A stretch of 64,000 nucleotides of DNA from Octopus vulgaris (GCA_951406725.2 OX597818.1:35402001-35466000), one strand, 5' to 3'. Numbered from the stretch's first letter, positions 26,901 to 40,577 are shown. Made by a program: numbers and translations. Notes: generated from the sequence alone by a model not told the origin.

Positions 26901-27500
26901 AGAGAGAGAGATACTGTGATATATATAACGTACTCTATGAAGATATCTCACTACAATGTGTAATACATAGAGTTACATGAATTCACTTTGTCACAGTTAC
27001 CGTGGAGATTGCATTGAAACAACGATTAACTGGTTGAAAACCTGTAACCAACGATACTATTGCTTGCTATGGTAGTATAAACTATAAAATAAAATCTACA
27101 ATTACCTAATGTAACAGAGTTAATTGCCAGTTTGGGATTTGATTAGTTTACATGTATTTTTTTCCTTAAAAAACCTCTCAGTAATCTACGAATGCGTAAT
27201 TATAACTGATATTTTGCGTTACATGTATAGAAAGAAAGAGAACAACTTCAGGTTGAAAGTTGCAGATATATTTTATTTTTACCATTTTCTTTTCATTTTT
27301 TTCTACTATTGCGTAGATCGGCTACATATGTATACGTTAATATTTCAGTTTCGTGTATGTTAGTGTATTATCTGTGTGTTGTGGCTACTCAGACGCGCAT
27401 ACCACACAGATGCAAGTAGGAACGTTAACCATAAATGGTCGCTATCAATACACACACATACACACGCGCGCACAAGCACACGCACTCACACACACATATT

Positions 27501-27882
27501 GGAAGCACTCCGTCGGTTACGACGACGAGGGTTCCGGTTGATCCGAATCAACGGAACAGCCTGCTTGTCAAATTAACGTGTAAGTGGCTGAGCACTCCAC
27601 AGACACGTGTACCCTTAACGTAGTTCTCGGGGATATTCAGCGTGACACAGAGAGTGACAAGGCCGGCCCTTTGAAATACAGGTACAACAGAAACAGGAAG
27701 TAAGAGTGAGAGAAAGTTGTGGCGAAAGAGTACAGCAGGGATCACCACAATCCCCTGCCGGAGCCTCGTGGAGCTTTAGGTGTTTTCGCTCAATAAACAC
27801 TCACAACGACCGGTCTGGGAATCGAAACCGCGATCCTACGACTGCGAGTCCGCTGCCCTAACCACTGGGCCATTGCGCCTCC
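27501..27882 (-). mobile_element. Full-length tRNA-derived SINE
   Basis: Head GGAGGCGCAATGGCCCAGTGGTTAGGGCAGCGG (A box) ...GGTTTCGATTCCC (B box). Confidence 0.85.
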
Positions 27883-28917
27883 ACACAAACACACATAAAC
27901 GATGATGCTGTGAGTGCTTGACATATGTGAGTGTATGATATGCATTGGCTAAACAGTAAATGATAAAGAGCGCAATAATACATGTAGCGTAGATAAGCAC
28001 TCTGTGTCACTTCAGAAGCCACTCATCTGCCAGGAGATAAAGGAAAAAGAAATCTTCCCATGGTGCCACGCAGTGAGATTGAACCAGAAACCATGTGCTT
28101 GCGAAGCGAACTTACTTCAACAACCACGCGTATGTATGCATGTATGTATGTATCAAATCCGAATTATATTTGCGTAGGTAATTGTGTATAATATGTCTAT
28201 ATATCCAGATTTATCACCTTGATTATGCACGCGCTATTACACACCAGATATAAATACATGCATAAACACACACATACACACACGTTATTTTATATATATA
28301 TATGTGTATAATCTTCATATACTTTCATTATGTTTAATCCTTTCCTAGTCTTCTAATATATTTATCTACAAATGCTAAATTACTTTCTTCCAATGTTGTT
28401 TGTCTGGGTTTTCATTTACATTATTATCAGAAAATAATGACATGTCTTTCAATCCAAACAAATTTAATTAAATAAGACGGATTCTGTTATAAACAGTGTA
28501 TTATTTTCTATACATTTCCTTGCTTCTATAATATTTTATCTGATTCAGGGATATTAATTTAATTTCATTGTAAAGATGCTGTTTCTCACAAAGAATTCCT
28601 GATAACAAACATATACCCACAGATAGGGATTTCGATTTGCTTCAGTTTTGTTGTGGTTGTTTATTCTGAGATCAAGTTTCTGATAGAGCTGACATTTAAT
28701 CAAAGTATTTTTAGTCGTACTTACATATTTGTCTTGTATATCTAAGACTTCATTGTTTAATGTAACCGTCTGTAGTAAGGACTGTAGCGTGCAGTGTCCA
28801 CAAAATTTGCTCGAGATATCTAGAAGCTCCCTACTTGAAACCCTAATACTGGAGGCTTATGATCAAAGACATTGCAGCTGTGAGCAATCCTTCTTTTCAG
28901 ATCTAGTTTATCTAGAA

Positions 28918-29165
28918 CAGTGGTTCTCAACCGGGATCCATATGGCCCTTTGGGGCTCGTTGATTTTACTGCTAAAATTTACGTGAAATAAATTACTTAT
29001 ACTCCTAAAATAAACAAAATATTGAAAAGGTTTTAATACAATTCTTAATGATATTTATGAAAATACAGTAAGATCTTTTTCTATACATCGAATAGCTATG
29101 GGGGTCCAGTAGAGTAAAACAGAAATCAAAGGGTTCCATAGGCCAAAAATGGTTGAGAAACACTG
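28918..29165. mobile_element. hAT (Charlie-type) MITE, 248 bp
   Basis: TIRs CAGTGGTTCTCAACC / GGTTGAGAAACACTG; perfect 8-bp TSD ATCTAGAA at 28910-28917 and 29166-29173. Confidence 0.92.
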
Positions 29166-31018
29166 ATCTAGAACTTCCTGTTTTCTTTCCAAAATTCGTC
29201 TCCGTTCCTTTTATCACCCGTGTTATGTCTAACTACTAACTCTAGTCCTCCGCTGTGGTATGTGGACATTCTGGAATATCTTCCCTAGTTGTATCTTTCT
29301 TCTGGAAGCAAATTGAAAGAAAATTTGACTGCTATTTTTAGCAAGCTGAGTGGTTACGGAAATATTCTCTTTTTGTAAAAATTAATTTGAAATAAATGAC
29401 CAAAGGCAAAGCAGTTTGAAATATTCGTAGCAGAAGGTATTTCTCATGACGTGTATGTATTCATGGTTAGCTTTAGTTAATCATTATAAGTGATATAAAT
29501 AAATGTAATTATTTAATATATTTTACTGGTTACACTTAAATGTATGTTTATTGACTCGCATTTGGTGACACTCTCTTCAATCTGATCTTTGTGTTACAAC
29601 GTTGTCAAAAGCATACACAAACACACGTACGCGACACGCTCAGGCCACACACACACAACCATCACCACCACCATCATCATCATCAATTTCATAATTTTCC
29701 TATTTTTCTTCGTCTTGTTTTATTGTTGTTGTTCTTCTTCCATGGTTTAAATCATTACTCATTTATTTTCCCAACAAGTGAGTAATGTATTAAAAGACAG
29801 GATGGACCTGGCTTGAACGCTTATCTTTAAAGGTTTGCTCAATCATAGCTTAGCTGGGACAAAATGTTAACAATAACAATAACAAAAGCAATACCATCTT
29901 TAGCCTTGTGTCATTATCAAAAAAAAAAAAAAATAGTATTTACTTCTAGAAAATGTGAATCTACCATAAACAAAATTTATATTTAATAATATGAGTTGCT
30001 AAAAATGAAGCCAAATCAAATTTCGTTTGAAAGTTGACCAAATCTATGTTCATTGGTGGGAGACACTAGTAAGGTTGGGTGTTTTGGATGTCTTATAGGA
30101 CAGCTATCGAAACGAAGCCTCATTCATTATTCATTACGAGTTAGTGTGATGGTAAAGTCGAGAATCATTCAATTACGAATTTAGTCTTGTGTTAATGTTT
30201 AGGTAACTTTGAAGGAAAGCAGAGAGAAAGAGAGGGAACGTGAGGGAGAGGGCGATAAAGTGGAGAGTGAAAAGAAAAGGAGAAGACAACTGTGGAAGAA
30301 AGTATGAAAAACAATTATATGTCTAAGAGGTGGAACAGCGGTAACCATACAAAAAGTAAGCAAGAAATTCAGATAGCATATTTTTATGTCAATATAGTAA
30401 TAAACTGGAAGAAAGTGAAGGAGAGGGAGAGAGAAAGAAAGTGAGAGAGAATGGGAAAGAGAGAAGGAAAGAGAGATGGAGAGAGGAAGGAGAAAGAGGA
30501 GAGAGAAGGAGGAGGAGAGAGAGAGAAGGAAAGAGAGTAAGAGAGAGGTATATGAAGTGTATATATAAAGCACAGAGAAATGAAAACAGAGAGAAAAAGA
30601 ATGAGAGGGACAGAAATGAAGGTAGAGATGGTAAGGAAGTAAAAGAGAGACAACAAAAGTAAGAAAAAAACAAATATTTATGTGTGCTTGTATGGGCGGG
30701 GGGGGGGGGGTCCGTGTATATGAGTGTATCAGTGAATGTCTGCAAGAGTCAGGAGAAGAATTTTCTATTAGAAATCAGGAAATCATGGTAAACAGATTTT
30801 GGTTTCTATCGTAAATCTGATTATTTTCTTTGGAGACAAATTTACATAATAGAAAATTATGATTTCTTGCATAGAGATATATGGTCACAAAATGATTTCT
30901 TCGGCGTCTGGGGGTGTAAACGATTGTGACCCTATAAGCACGATTTCATTTCGGAAGGATTTGAACATAGAACTTAGAGTGACATAACTAAATAATGCAT
31001 CATGCTCTAACGATTCTT

Positions 31019-31429
31019 ATTTCTTTATTGTTCACAAGGGGCTAAACAGAGGGGACAAACAAGGACAGTCAAAGGTATTAAGTCGATTACATCGACCCTA
31101 GTACGTAACTGGTACATATTTAATCGACCCCGAAAGGATGAAAGGCAGAGTCGACCTTGGCGGAATTTGAACTCAGAACGTAGCGGCAGACGAAATACCT
31201 ATTTCTTTACTTCCCACAAGGGGCTAAACACAGAGAGGACAAACAAGGACAGGCAAACGGATTAAGTCGATTACATCGACCCCAGTGCGTAACTGGTACT
31301 TAATTTATCGACCCCAAAAGGATGAAAGGCAAAGTCGACCTCGGCGGAATTTGAACTCAGAACGTAACGGCAGACGAAATACTGCTATGCATTTCGCCCG
31401 GTGTGCTAACGATTCTGCCAGCTCGCCGC
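31019..31429 (-). mobile_element. tRNA-derived SINE with tandemly duplicated body
   Basis: rc of GGCGAGCTGGCAGAATCGTTAGCAC...GAGTTCAAATTCCGCCGAGGTCGAC; two cores; AACGATTCT flanking repeat. Confidence 0.88.
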
Positions 31430-32223
31430 TCAAACGATTCTGGAAAACGGCTACCTCTGAAGACTGATAACATTGTCGCCTCAAAGTTTGCAAGACTCAA
31501 ACTGAGAAACTAAAGGTTAAGAGGAAATGACTAAATATAACAAGATATTTTGTCTGTTATCCTACCACTTCCGTTAATTAAATGCTTTCAAAGCAGAATA
31601 AGAATTAAAATAGTATGATGATAATCCTAAGTACCAATAACAATCAAAACAGGCAAGTAAAAACATTCTACTGGCAAGAAATAGCAACGACGTTTCCCAC
31701 GAATAATAAGAATGCACTGCCTTTAATAAAGAAAGGATGCACTAAATAATGAAATCTTTGACACACCTACAACAGAGAGGATAGCGACGATAGAATGCCG
31801 TTAATCAGCTCTCTAAGGCCTGAACTAGAGCTAAACAACAACATCAACCACTCTACGTAATCTGGTATAGAAATTAAGCCAAACACCTGTACGTCACCAT
31901 CACAAACAGAACTATAAAAGAATGTATTTCCTTTGATCATACATACCAGTTCGAACAAGTATCTTTCGGAACATTAATTCCGATTAGAACACAAACTCTT
32001 TTAAATTCTGTTGGTGGTTTTCCTGATTGGGTTGAAGTCGTGCTGTGACACGACTTTAAAGGCGTTTGGGCTATTAAATGAACCTCAGTACATGTGCACG
32101 TGAATTGGGTTACCGTCTTATGAAGCAGAAAAGTAAAGCTCGATTTGGGAGAAATTTTAACTGAGAGCATAGATTATTATAAGGGCTATATATATATATA
32201 TATATATTATTTACAGTTAACAT

Positions 32224-32350
32224 ATATTTGTCCTCATCTTGTTTGTTGTTAACACGACGTTTCGGCTGATATACCCTCCAGCTTTCATCAGGTGTCTTGG
32301 GGAAATTTCGAACCTGAGTTCTCATTCCTAAGGTATTTTTTGATGTTAAC

Positions 32351-32394
<44 letters not shown>

Positions 32395-32530
32395 TAGCAA
32401 CAACAACAACAACATCGTAAAATACTTTAGGAATGAGAACCCAGATTCGAAATTTCCCCCAAGACACCTTATGAAGGGTATATCAGCCGAAACGTTGTGT
32501 TAACAACAAGCAAGATGAGGACAAATATCC
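32224..32530. mobile_element. Inverted pair of a hammerhead-bearing short repeat around (AAT)n/(AAC)n
   Basis: 32224-32347 is the approximate reverse complement of 32411-32529. Confidence 0.85.
32251..32296 (-). ncRNA. Minimal type-I hammerhead ribozyme (canonical core, GUC site)
   Basis: Minus strand GACAC-CTGATGA-AAGCTG GAGGGTATAT CAGCC-GAAA-CG-TC-GTGTT. Confidence 0.7.
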
Positions 32531-32570
32531 GACGAATGTAAATAATGTACATAATTCCTCATCTCTTAAA

Positions 32571-32629
<59 letters not shown>

Positions 32630-32964
32630 ATATATATATATATATATTCGAAGAAAATATTCTTTTTAATACACCATTGTTTTATCGGAATTTTTCTATA
32701 TATTTTCTTTTTTCTTTTAGATTCTAGCGATTTGCTTACAGCAATAATGTCTACATAACATGTCTTCGTCAGCGCTTCTATACCTCCGGAGTCTCATCTT
32801 CAGAAGGAAATGATGTTGGCGAGCGATTCATAACTTTTCATAATAGAATGAGCTAATGTGATTGCTGTAGACGTTACCTCTGGAACTGGAATTTTGATCG
32901 CTAAATTTATTCAATATCAGAGTAGATGTTTATTCTTCTTATAAATGACAGCATGCTGGTCGAT

Positions 32965-33740
32965 ATGCTAATACTATCAAAATTTCCCGTGAAAGAGTTG
33001 AGAATATTTTGTGCAATGAATTTAGCATGACGCAGGCTTCTAATGGTTGGGCGTCACGTCATCTAACACATGATTAAAAGCGTACCAGGCTAGTCACACC
33101 ACAGGAAAATCTGACATAGTTTGCGATAGATCAAACTGGTTTCCTTGTGCGTTTCCTAATCCAAGATGAGTGTTGGTCTCATCACTTTTAGCCAGAGACA
33201 AAGAGAAAATCCATGCAGTGGAAACACTCTTCTTCACCTGCTCCAAAGAAGACCAATGTTGTTTCATTAGCAGAGAAGGTGGTGACCCTAGTTTTTGGGG
33301 TTGCAAAAAGCATTGTACTTATTGATTACCTTCAAACAATGGAGAGTACTACACCAAATTGCTGAAACAGCTACGAAAAGCTGTCAAGACTAAACGCACA
33401 GGAAAACTGATGAAAGGGGACATGTTTCAAAAGGACAATGCTCCAGCACACAAGTCCTTGTTTTCGATGGTTGCTATGCGGACTGTGGCTTCGGACTAGT
33501 TCATCAGTCTCCCTATTCTCTTAATTTGACCTAATCTGACTATCATTTGTTTCCCAACAAGAAGAAACTCTTGAGTGGGAACCAGTATCACATAATGAAG
33601 TCAAATTTGCTATTGATGGTCTTTTAGAGTAACAAGATGATAGCTTCGTCACCAATGGGACCCAAGCAGTGCAAAGCCAATGGAAGAAGTGTGTAGGCTG
33701 TAAGGGTACGATGTTGAAAAATGAACCTCATTTGGTGTCG
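32965..33740 (+). pseudogene. Decayed mariner (DD34D) transposase
   Basis: ISRERVENILCNEF..GWASRHLT (WVPHEL-like), QDECWSHHF, SMQWKH, DNAPAH, SPYSLNLT*SDYHLF (YSPDLAPSDY-like); stops and frameshifts. Confidence 0.88.
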
Positions 33741-33800
33741 CACACACACACGTATGTGTTATGTATGTATGTATGTATGGATGTATGTATGTATGTATGT

Positions 33801-34225
33801 GAAGGCGCATGGCTCAGGGGTTAGAGCGTCGAGTTTACGATCGTGAGGTTGTGGGCTCGAATCCCGGACCGGGCTGCGTGTTGTGTTCTTGAGCAAGGCA
33901 TCTTATTTCACGTTGCTCCAGTTCACTCAGCTGTAGAAATAATTGCGATGTCACAGGTGCCAAGCTGTATCGGCCGTTGCCTTTACCTTGGATAACACTG
34001 GTTGCCTGGAGAGGAAAGGCCGGTATGCACGGGCGACCGCTGGTCTTCCATAAAGAACATTGCCCGGACTTGTGCCTGGGAGGGAAAATTTCTAGGTGCA
34101 ATCCCATTATCTGTGTCGTGACCGAAGGGGGTCTCAGAATGTATGTATGTATGTATGTATGTATGTATGTATGTATGTATGTATGTATGTATGTATGTAT
34201 GTATGTATGTATGTATGTATGTATG
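33801..34225 (+). mobile_element. tRNA-derived SINE with (GTAT)n tail
   Basis: GGCGCATGGCTCAGGGGTTAGAGCG (A box), GGCTCGAATCCCGG (B box), body and microsatellite tail. Confidence 0.85.
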
Positions 34226-35139
34226 TGTATATTCATAATGTGTACTTTTCTGTTGGTTATCCATAAAAAGACAAGGAATGTATTGCATTTTACCACACAA
34301 AACAGCGGTTGATAGAAAGCCCCACTGCATGGCACCACACAAATATTTTCTGCTATAGTCTGGGTCACTGAAACCTTGTGAATAGATTTGATTGACTGAC
34401 ACTGAAAGATGCCCATCCTATGTATACAGGAATTTTCACATTTGCAATCGAATTTATAACCATATTGGTTATTAGTAGCTTATCGTCGGATTTACGTGTG
34501 TGTGTGGTTCCTTAGTGATCAGAATGTTTTTAATTTTAGTATTTCTGTAACATATAATTTCTCTTAATTTACGGTTTGTATTATGCGCTATGTTTTACGA
34601 GGTTTTCGTAATATGTTTATCTATTCTGTAATTAGGGTATATTTAATTCATATAATACAATTTATATGTCTACGCCAGTTTATCGGATATTTACAACAAG
34701 GGGTAACTGTGATGCATTACATTATATATTAAAAAACAAAACGAAATTTGGAAACATCGATCGTCTGCACATCTGTACTCTACATAATTACAAAGTAGAC
34801 AATTGATGATGAAGTAATTCAATAAATAAATAGACAGCATACACAAGCTGGCTGATGACATAAATGGTAAGTCATAATTCAAATTCCGAGGTAATGTTTA
34901 CACCAATTTCATTGTTATTGCCTATTATAAAGAGTTAGAGAGAGAAACACGCCAACATCACTGTAAACTGAAAGTGAAACTAAGAAGTCTAGAAATATTG
35001 ACGAGGGATTCAGAACCTTTCTGTATCAATAAAAATGCAAGGAATTCGTATGAAATATGAAAAGTTAAACTTACAAAGTAAAGTTGAAAAAAGAACAACC
35101 GTGGAATTTATGCACATACATGCACACATACTTATGTTT

Positions 35140-35280
35140 ATTCATATATGTATATACACACACAAATATACATACATGTATATATATATACATATATACA
35201 CACACACACACATATATACATGTATATATATACATATATATACACACACACACACACACACATATATACATGTATATATA

Positions 35281-35312
<32 letters not shown>

Positions 35313-35330
35313 TATATACATGTATATATA

Positions 35331-35400
<70 letters not shown>

Positions 35401-35730
35401 GATATAAATAAATACACATATATACAGATATATATATATATACATAAATATACATATATATACATCTATATTTATACACATATATACATATATATATACA
35501 CATATATTTATACACATATATACATATATATATATATATATATACATATATACATATATATGTATACACACACATATATACACATATATATATATATATG
35601 TATATATATACACATATAATACACACACATATATATACATATATATATATGTATCGAGCATCTTTTATATTTTTCTTAATTTTCTTTTGACTTTTTATAC
35701 ATACATACACACACGCCCATACACACACAC

Positions 35731-35761
<31 letters not shown>

Positions 35762-35790
35762 TGTATGTATGTATGTATGTATGTATGAAA
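35140..35790. repeat. (TA)/(CA)/(GTAT) compound microsatellite
   Basis: Direct reading. Confidence 0.95.
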
Positions 35791-36217
35791 CATGTATCCC
35801 AACCTTCTATGGCTGTAAAATTTGACTCACAAAGTTTTTAAGGAAGAGGCCTGACCAATGAGATATGTTATGACTGCTGTGACGAAGTGTATAAAAGAAA
35901 CTTTGATGTTTTTAGTATTAATACATGTATGAAAGCCAATTTTGCCCGTCACTCTTCCGAAGTCAATAAAACATGTTCCTATCAAATTATGGTTTCTATA
36001 TAATCAACTTTACCTTCTTCCAAAACAAAAGGTGTGTCTACGTTAGAATTAATATATAAACAAATTGTGATATTAACTATCAAAACAGCATTTTATAATT
36101 TTTTGAAAAAAAAAAACACACCAAAAAAACAACGCAGAGATACTTTCAATAAAAATACTAAATTCAAAACACCAGTAGCTAAACAGTAAATGGAGGTTAT
36201 CAGATATTTTTACTGAC

Positions 36218-36328
36218 CTTTGAACCAGGTAATCGACCCAATCGGATATCCGGAGACATAACATTTCATAATTAATGGTTGGTTTGCTGTAGCTGTGATA
36301 TTTTGCAACACACGAACGTATGGAACAC
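36218..36328 (-). CDS. Dscam: Dscam-like exon, N-terminal half of Ig6 (111 nt, phase 1-1); not in the ORF track
   Basis: (G)VPYVRVLQNITATANQPLIMKCYVSGYPIGSITWFK; acceptor TTTCCTTAAG, donor GTCAGT; joins in frame to 11183. Confidence 0.88.
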
Positions 36329-36524
36329 CTTAAGGAAACGAAATATGAGAAAAACGAAAAAAGAAATGAGTGTGGAAATCAATAATGCTGTGTAGACTTT
36401 AGTATCATCTCGCTTGATTAGCTGGCAGGGAATCAAATTCATAGTCAAAAAGGCATTGGTTCATATGCAATCCAACACACAGGTGTTTTACTGTATAACG
36501 ATAAACGTCGCCCTTATCAAGTCT

Positions 36525-36817
36525 AGCCAGGTTCATAGGCCCGGTTCCCCGGTTTCTGTGGCGTATGTGTTCCTAACCCTAACCCCCACCCCAGCTGGAC
36601 GGAAGGCCAGTCCATCGCAGCGTTACTCAAAAAGCAGGAAGAGAGTAAGAGAACGTTGGGGCGAAAGAGTACAACAGGGGTAACCCCCCTGCGAGAGCCT
36701 CGTGGTGCTTTAAGGTGTTTTCGCTCAATAAACACACACAACGCTCGGTCTGGGAATCGAAACCCCGATCCTCCGACCGCGAGTCCGCTGCCCTAACCAC
36801 AGGGCCATTGCGCCTCC
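36525..36817 (-). mobile_element. tRNA-derived SINE (head shared with 27501-27882, different 3' part)
   Basis: Same GGAGGCGCAATGGCCC...GTTTCGATTCCCAGACC head. Confidence 0.8.
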
Positions 36818-37619
36818 ACGTTGTACTGTATACATAGAAAAATACCCTCACTGATGTAGGTTCGATTAGTTTAGATTCGAGATCCGTTCACATATATACT
36901 TCTTCAGAGGAACGGAGGAAAGTCTTGCCCATTGTACCCTGGTGTATTTTCAACAAAACTCCTCCCTGTTCACTTGGGAATCACAAGTATCAGTTTTATC
37001 TCAGCAAGAAACTGCACACATTGCGATATCTAGTTGTTATACTAAGCAAAAAAACTGAGCTGTCATTCAAATTCTCTAAGTGGTGATTTTTTCTGGAAAA
37101 TTTCCCAAAATTAGCTGTGAATATTATTATCTCTTAATATTTACTTCACATATAATCCCTTACCCTAATACACACAGTTTTCCTTTATATGAAAACCGAA
37201 CACTCGGCTTACTGCCACCAACGAAATTAACTCTAAATCATTAACTGTTTAACCTTCCATAAATTTTTACTGATATTTCTCAGGTTACCACTAATACTGC
37301 TGTGATATTTATTGATAATTAGTGCTGAAGTCTCTAATAGAGTTTACATGTAATTGTAGAGTTTACATGTAATTGTATAGACAGGTTGATGCAATATTGT
37401 AATCCTTAAATGACAGTTCAGTTTTCTTACTTAGGATTATAGCTAGTTGTTGCAATGTGTGCGGTATATATATTTGTTTCAGTCATCTAGCTGCGGTCAT
37501 GCAGGAGTTCCACCATTATATATATTATATATATAATTTACATTATTTGATTTGTTTCAGTCATCTGACTACGGCCATGCTGGAGCTCCGCCTTCATATA
37601 TACATATATATCCCTACTA

Positions 37620-38215
37620 TTTCTTCTTTTCGCTCCTACTCTCCTTCTCTCCACTCCTACCCACCTTCTCCCTTCCTCCTCTCCCTTGCTTTTCCCACGC
37701 TCGCCTCCCCCACATCCCAACACCATCATGCTATACCACACAGCACTACACCATACACCACCATACAACACAACACATCACATCACATCACACAACCACG
37801 CACACACTAGCACTACCACTTCCCAGCCCCACATCCACACACCTACACATACACACACGTCAAGGTCAACAGCCGTCTTCCACACGCACATACATGCTCT
37901 CTTATTCACACGTGCATACATGCTCTCTTATACATACGCACGCGCACCTTCGTTTTGGGATCACCACTACTTTATTATCTCCCCTCCTTCTAGCTCTCCT
38001 GTGTGACCCCTCTGTCCGGCATTCGCCGTGATAGATCGCTAGCCACTACATATTCTTTATTTTCTCTCTTTGTTTCTTTCTGTGTTCCTTTCTGTGGAAG
38101 AGCGTAGGCTCGAAACGTTAAAGACCTTTTCACTTCCCGAGCGTTATACTAATACATCTGTTTGTTGTCTACACCAACTGTCTTCGTATTTTGTTTTTGT
38201 TTGTGAATTCTCCCT
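37620..38215 (+). mobile_element. Repeat with a C/A-rich body ending in the CTGTGGA hammerhead-like pLTR family
   Basis: CTTT-CTGTGGA-AGAGCGTAGGCTC-GAAA-CG-TT-AAAG at 38088-38123; 3' part homologous to 26270-26437. Confidence 0.6.
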
Positions 38216-38597
38216 ATGTATGTATATATATGCTATGACCGAAAACTTGCAATAGAAAAATCTCTACAGAAGCTCATCTAAGGTTAAGAGTGGGTATCAA
38301 CTGGAAATTCCATTAAGTATATATTCCATAAGCATGTACAACTCATCCATGCACCTTCTACAGTTTTCTTCTGCCGAATTTAGTTCAAGAATCCCGGGTT
38401 GGTTTGAGATTATGATAAAGCATTCCTCAAAAGCTCGCAATAGATATCGAAGTAGAAATTTGATTTGGAACCGCTTCCTTAACTTCACATTCAAGCATAC
38501 ACTCAAAAATATCTGCTCGTTTTCAGGCGTTAAATCAAACCTTCACCTAGAAATTGAAAGCTAAGCAATAACCAAAACCAATGTGATGTATACTAAC

Positions 38598-38894
38598 CAT
38601 AAACATTAGCTCTAGCCATGTGAGTGACTTTCCCTACAACATTTGATCCAATACATCGGTATTCTCCACCTGTTTGTACTTGGATATTTGTTATATGCAA
38701 AGTGCTGACTACATCTGCTTGCTCTGTTGCGTATGTTTTGATCGTTGTAATATCACTGGAATAGATCAATTCATCATCTAAAGTCCAGCGGATTGTCGGA
38801 GGTGGGTTTCCAGATACAGCACATTTAAAGGTGACGTTGGAGCCGGGTTGTACTAAAACAGTGTCAAACGTTTCTAGAAAGGCAGGGTGCGCAG
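38598..38894 (-). CDS. Dscam: Dscam-like exon, Ig5 (297 nt, phase 1-1); not in the ORF track
   Basis: (A)AHPAFLETFDTVLVQPGSNVTFKCAVSGNPPPTIRWTLDDELI...DVVSTLHITNIQVQTGGEYRCIGSNVVGKVTHMARANVY; acceptor TTCTTTCAG, donor GTTAGT; W.LD, VVS.L.I and H.AR.NVYG are Dscam Ig5 hallmarks. Confidence 0.93.
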
Positions 38895-39003
38895 CTGAAA
38901 GAAGAAATGAAATATGTCATACATAGATCTAATGATGCCTATTCACACTGACAATTAAATAAATTTATATACATACACATGTTTGTGTGTGTGTGCGTGT
39001 ATA

Positions 39004-39050
<47 letters not shown>

Positions 39051-39085
39051 TTATATGGACACACACACATATATATATATATATT

Positions 39086-39900
39086 CAGGGCATGATGCAA
39101 AAATTGTCACCATTTTATATTTTTAATTTCGCGCATGCGCATTGTTGGTTTCTGATTTTGAAACTACTCAGTATATTAGGGTTAGTTTGGCACTATCTGT
39201 GAGAAAAAACAGCAACATGAGGCAATTCATTCTACCAGAAATTTGGAAACGATATGCTGTTCTTCATGGCATTCGCACCGGAAACTCCAATACGAATATT
39301 TCAGAGTGTTTGGGTGTCAATCCGAGGACAGTGCAATCTGAGGACATGTTCTGAGAGTGATAAAAATCAAACATCCAGTCAACACCCTGGTGTGTAGAGT
39401 GATCATTGGTGATGGCGACGTTATGCCTCCATTCATCTTCCCACACGACCTCAAACTCAACACGGAGGCCTACATCAAGTGCCTGGAGGAGATATTACTG
39501 CCCTGGGTTAAGAGGGTGGCTGCTGGAAGACCCTATGTATGGCAACAGGACTATGCACCGTGCCACACAAGCAGGAGAACCCTGTCATGGCTATCAGACA
39601 ATTTCTGCGACCATGTCACCGTAACATCTGGCCACCTAACTCCCTGGACTGCAATCCCCTTGAATATTATGTGTGGAGCGCAGTTGAGTGAGATGCCAAC
39701 AAAACTCCTTGCAAAAGCAGAGATGAACTGAAAGCAATAATTGCGGCAGCATTTACTAAGTTAAAGAAGGGGATCGTCCAGAAGAGTTGCAGGAGATTCC
39801 GAAGTCGTCTGGAGGTCGTGGCTGAAGCCAATGACGATTTTATTGAATAAATTTACTCTTTAGTATTTCAAGCTATTTTTTATATAATTTTGGTAAATAT
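39086..39900 (+). mobile_element. Internally deleted Tc1/mariner DD37D (maT-type) transposon
   Basis: YVWQQDYAPCHTS...(frameshift)IWPPNSLDCNPLEYYVWS, with about 37 residues between the last two acidic residues; C-terminus SCRRFRSRLEVVAEANDDFIE*. Confidence 0.85.
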
Positions 39901-40396
39901 ATCTTATGGATACGTGTATGTATGTATGTATGTATGTATGTATGTATGTATGTATGTATGTATGTATGTATGTATAATTAATATTTCGTCCTTTTGAGGT
40001 CAATAAAATGTAATTAATCAAGAGCAAGGAATAAGTAGATCTGCTAGAGCGTCGGTTTAGGAACCTTGTAGTATCTGTCTCTATCTTTTGCCTTCTGGCA
40101 GCAACTGTTATCTTGACACTTTTACCAATCTGTGTTGTTCTTAAACCGACGGCTCTTTCCTTTGCGCAATATCAATGGTATGGAATAAAATTTGCATGCA
40201 TTGGCAACATCTAGTGTTCAATCCTCTGAATCTTACGGGACAGACCTGCGTATACAGATGCAGATTTTCAGATACATAGTCAGCCCTGATCGACAGAGGC
40301 CTTCTGTCAGGCATTTTATCAACGAAGTGACCAGTTCGTAGAATCAGTGATTCTTAGATTTCATAAACAATGCCTGAATTTAATTTAACTAAGCTA

Positions 40397-40475
<79 letters not shown>

Positions 40476-40577
40476 CATTTCAGAACATAAAAAATAATCA
40501 TTTAAAGGATACACTTCAAACAATTATCATTTTCAGAAACCAAGAATAGAGTAGTGTGTAAACAAATAGAATGTTAC

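Noticed and set aside
27810-27882. tRNA-like sequences here and at 33801, 36750 and 63491
   Set aside because: They continue into SINE bodies and lack a complete cloverleaf, so they are SINE heads rather than tRNA genes.
31946-32117. Exon-like open stretch on the minus strand with AG and GTATGT ends
   Set aside because: Phase-1 reading hits a stop, the open frame has no Ig or other recognisable motif, and it is incompatible with the Dscam phase.
38297-38564. Short ORFs on both strands next to the Ig5 exon
   Set aside because: No Ig motif or other recognisable homology, and no clear splice sites.
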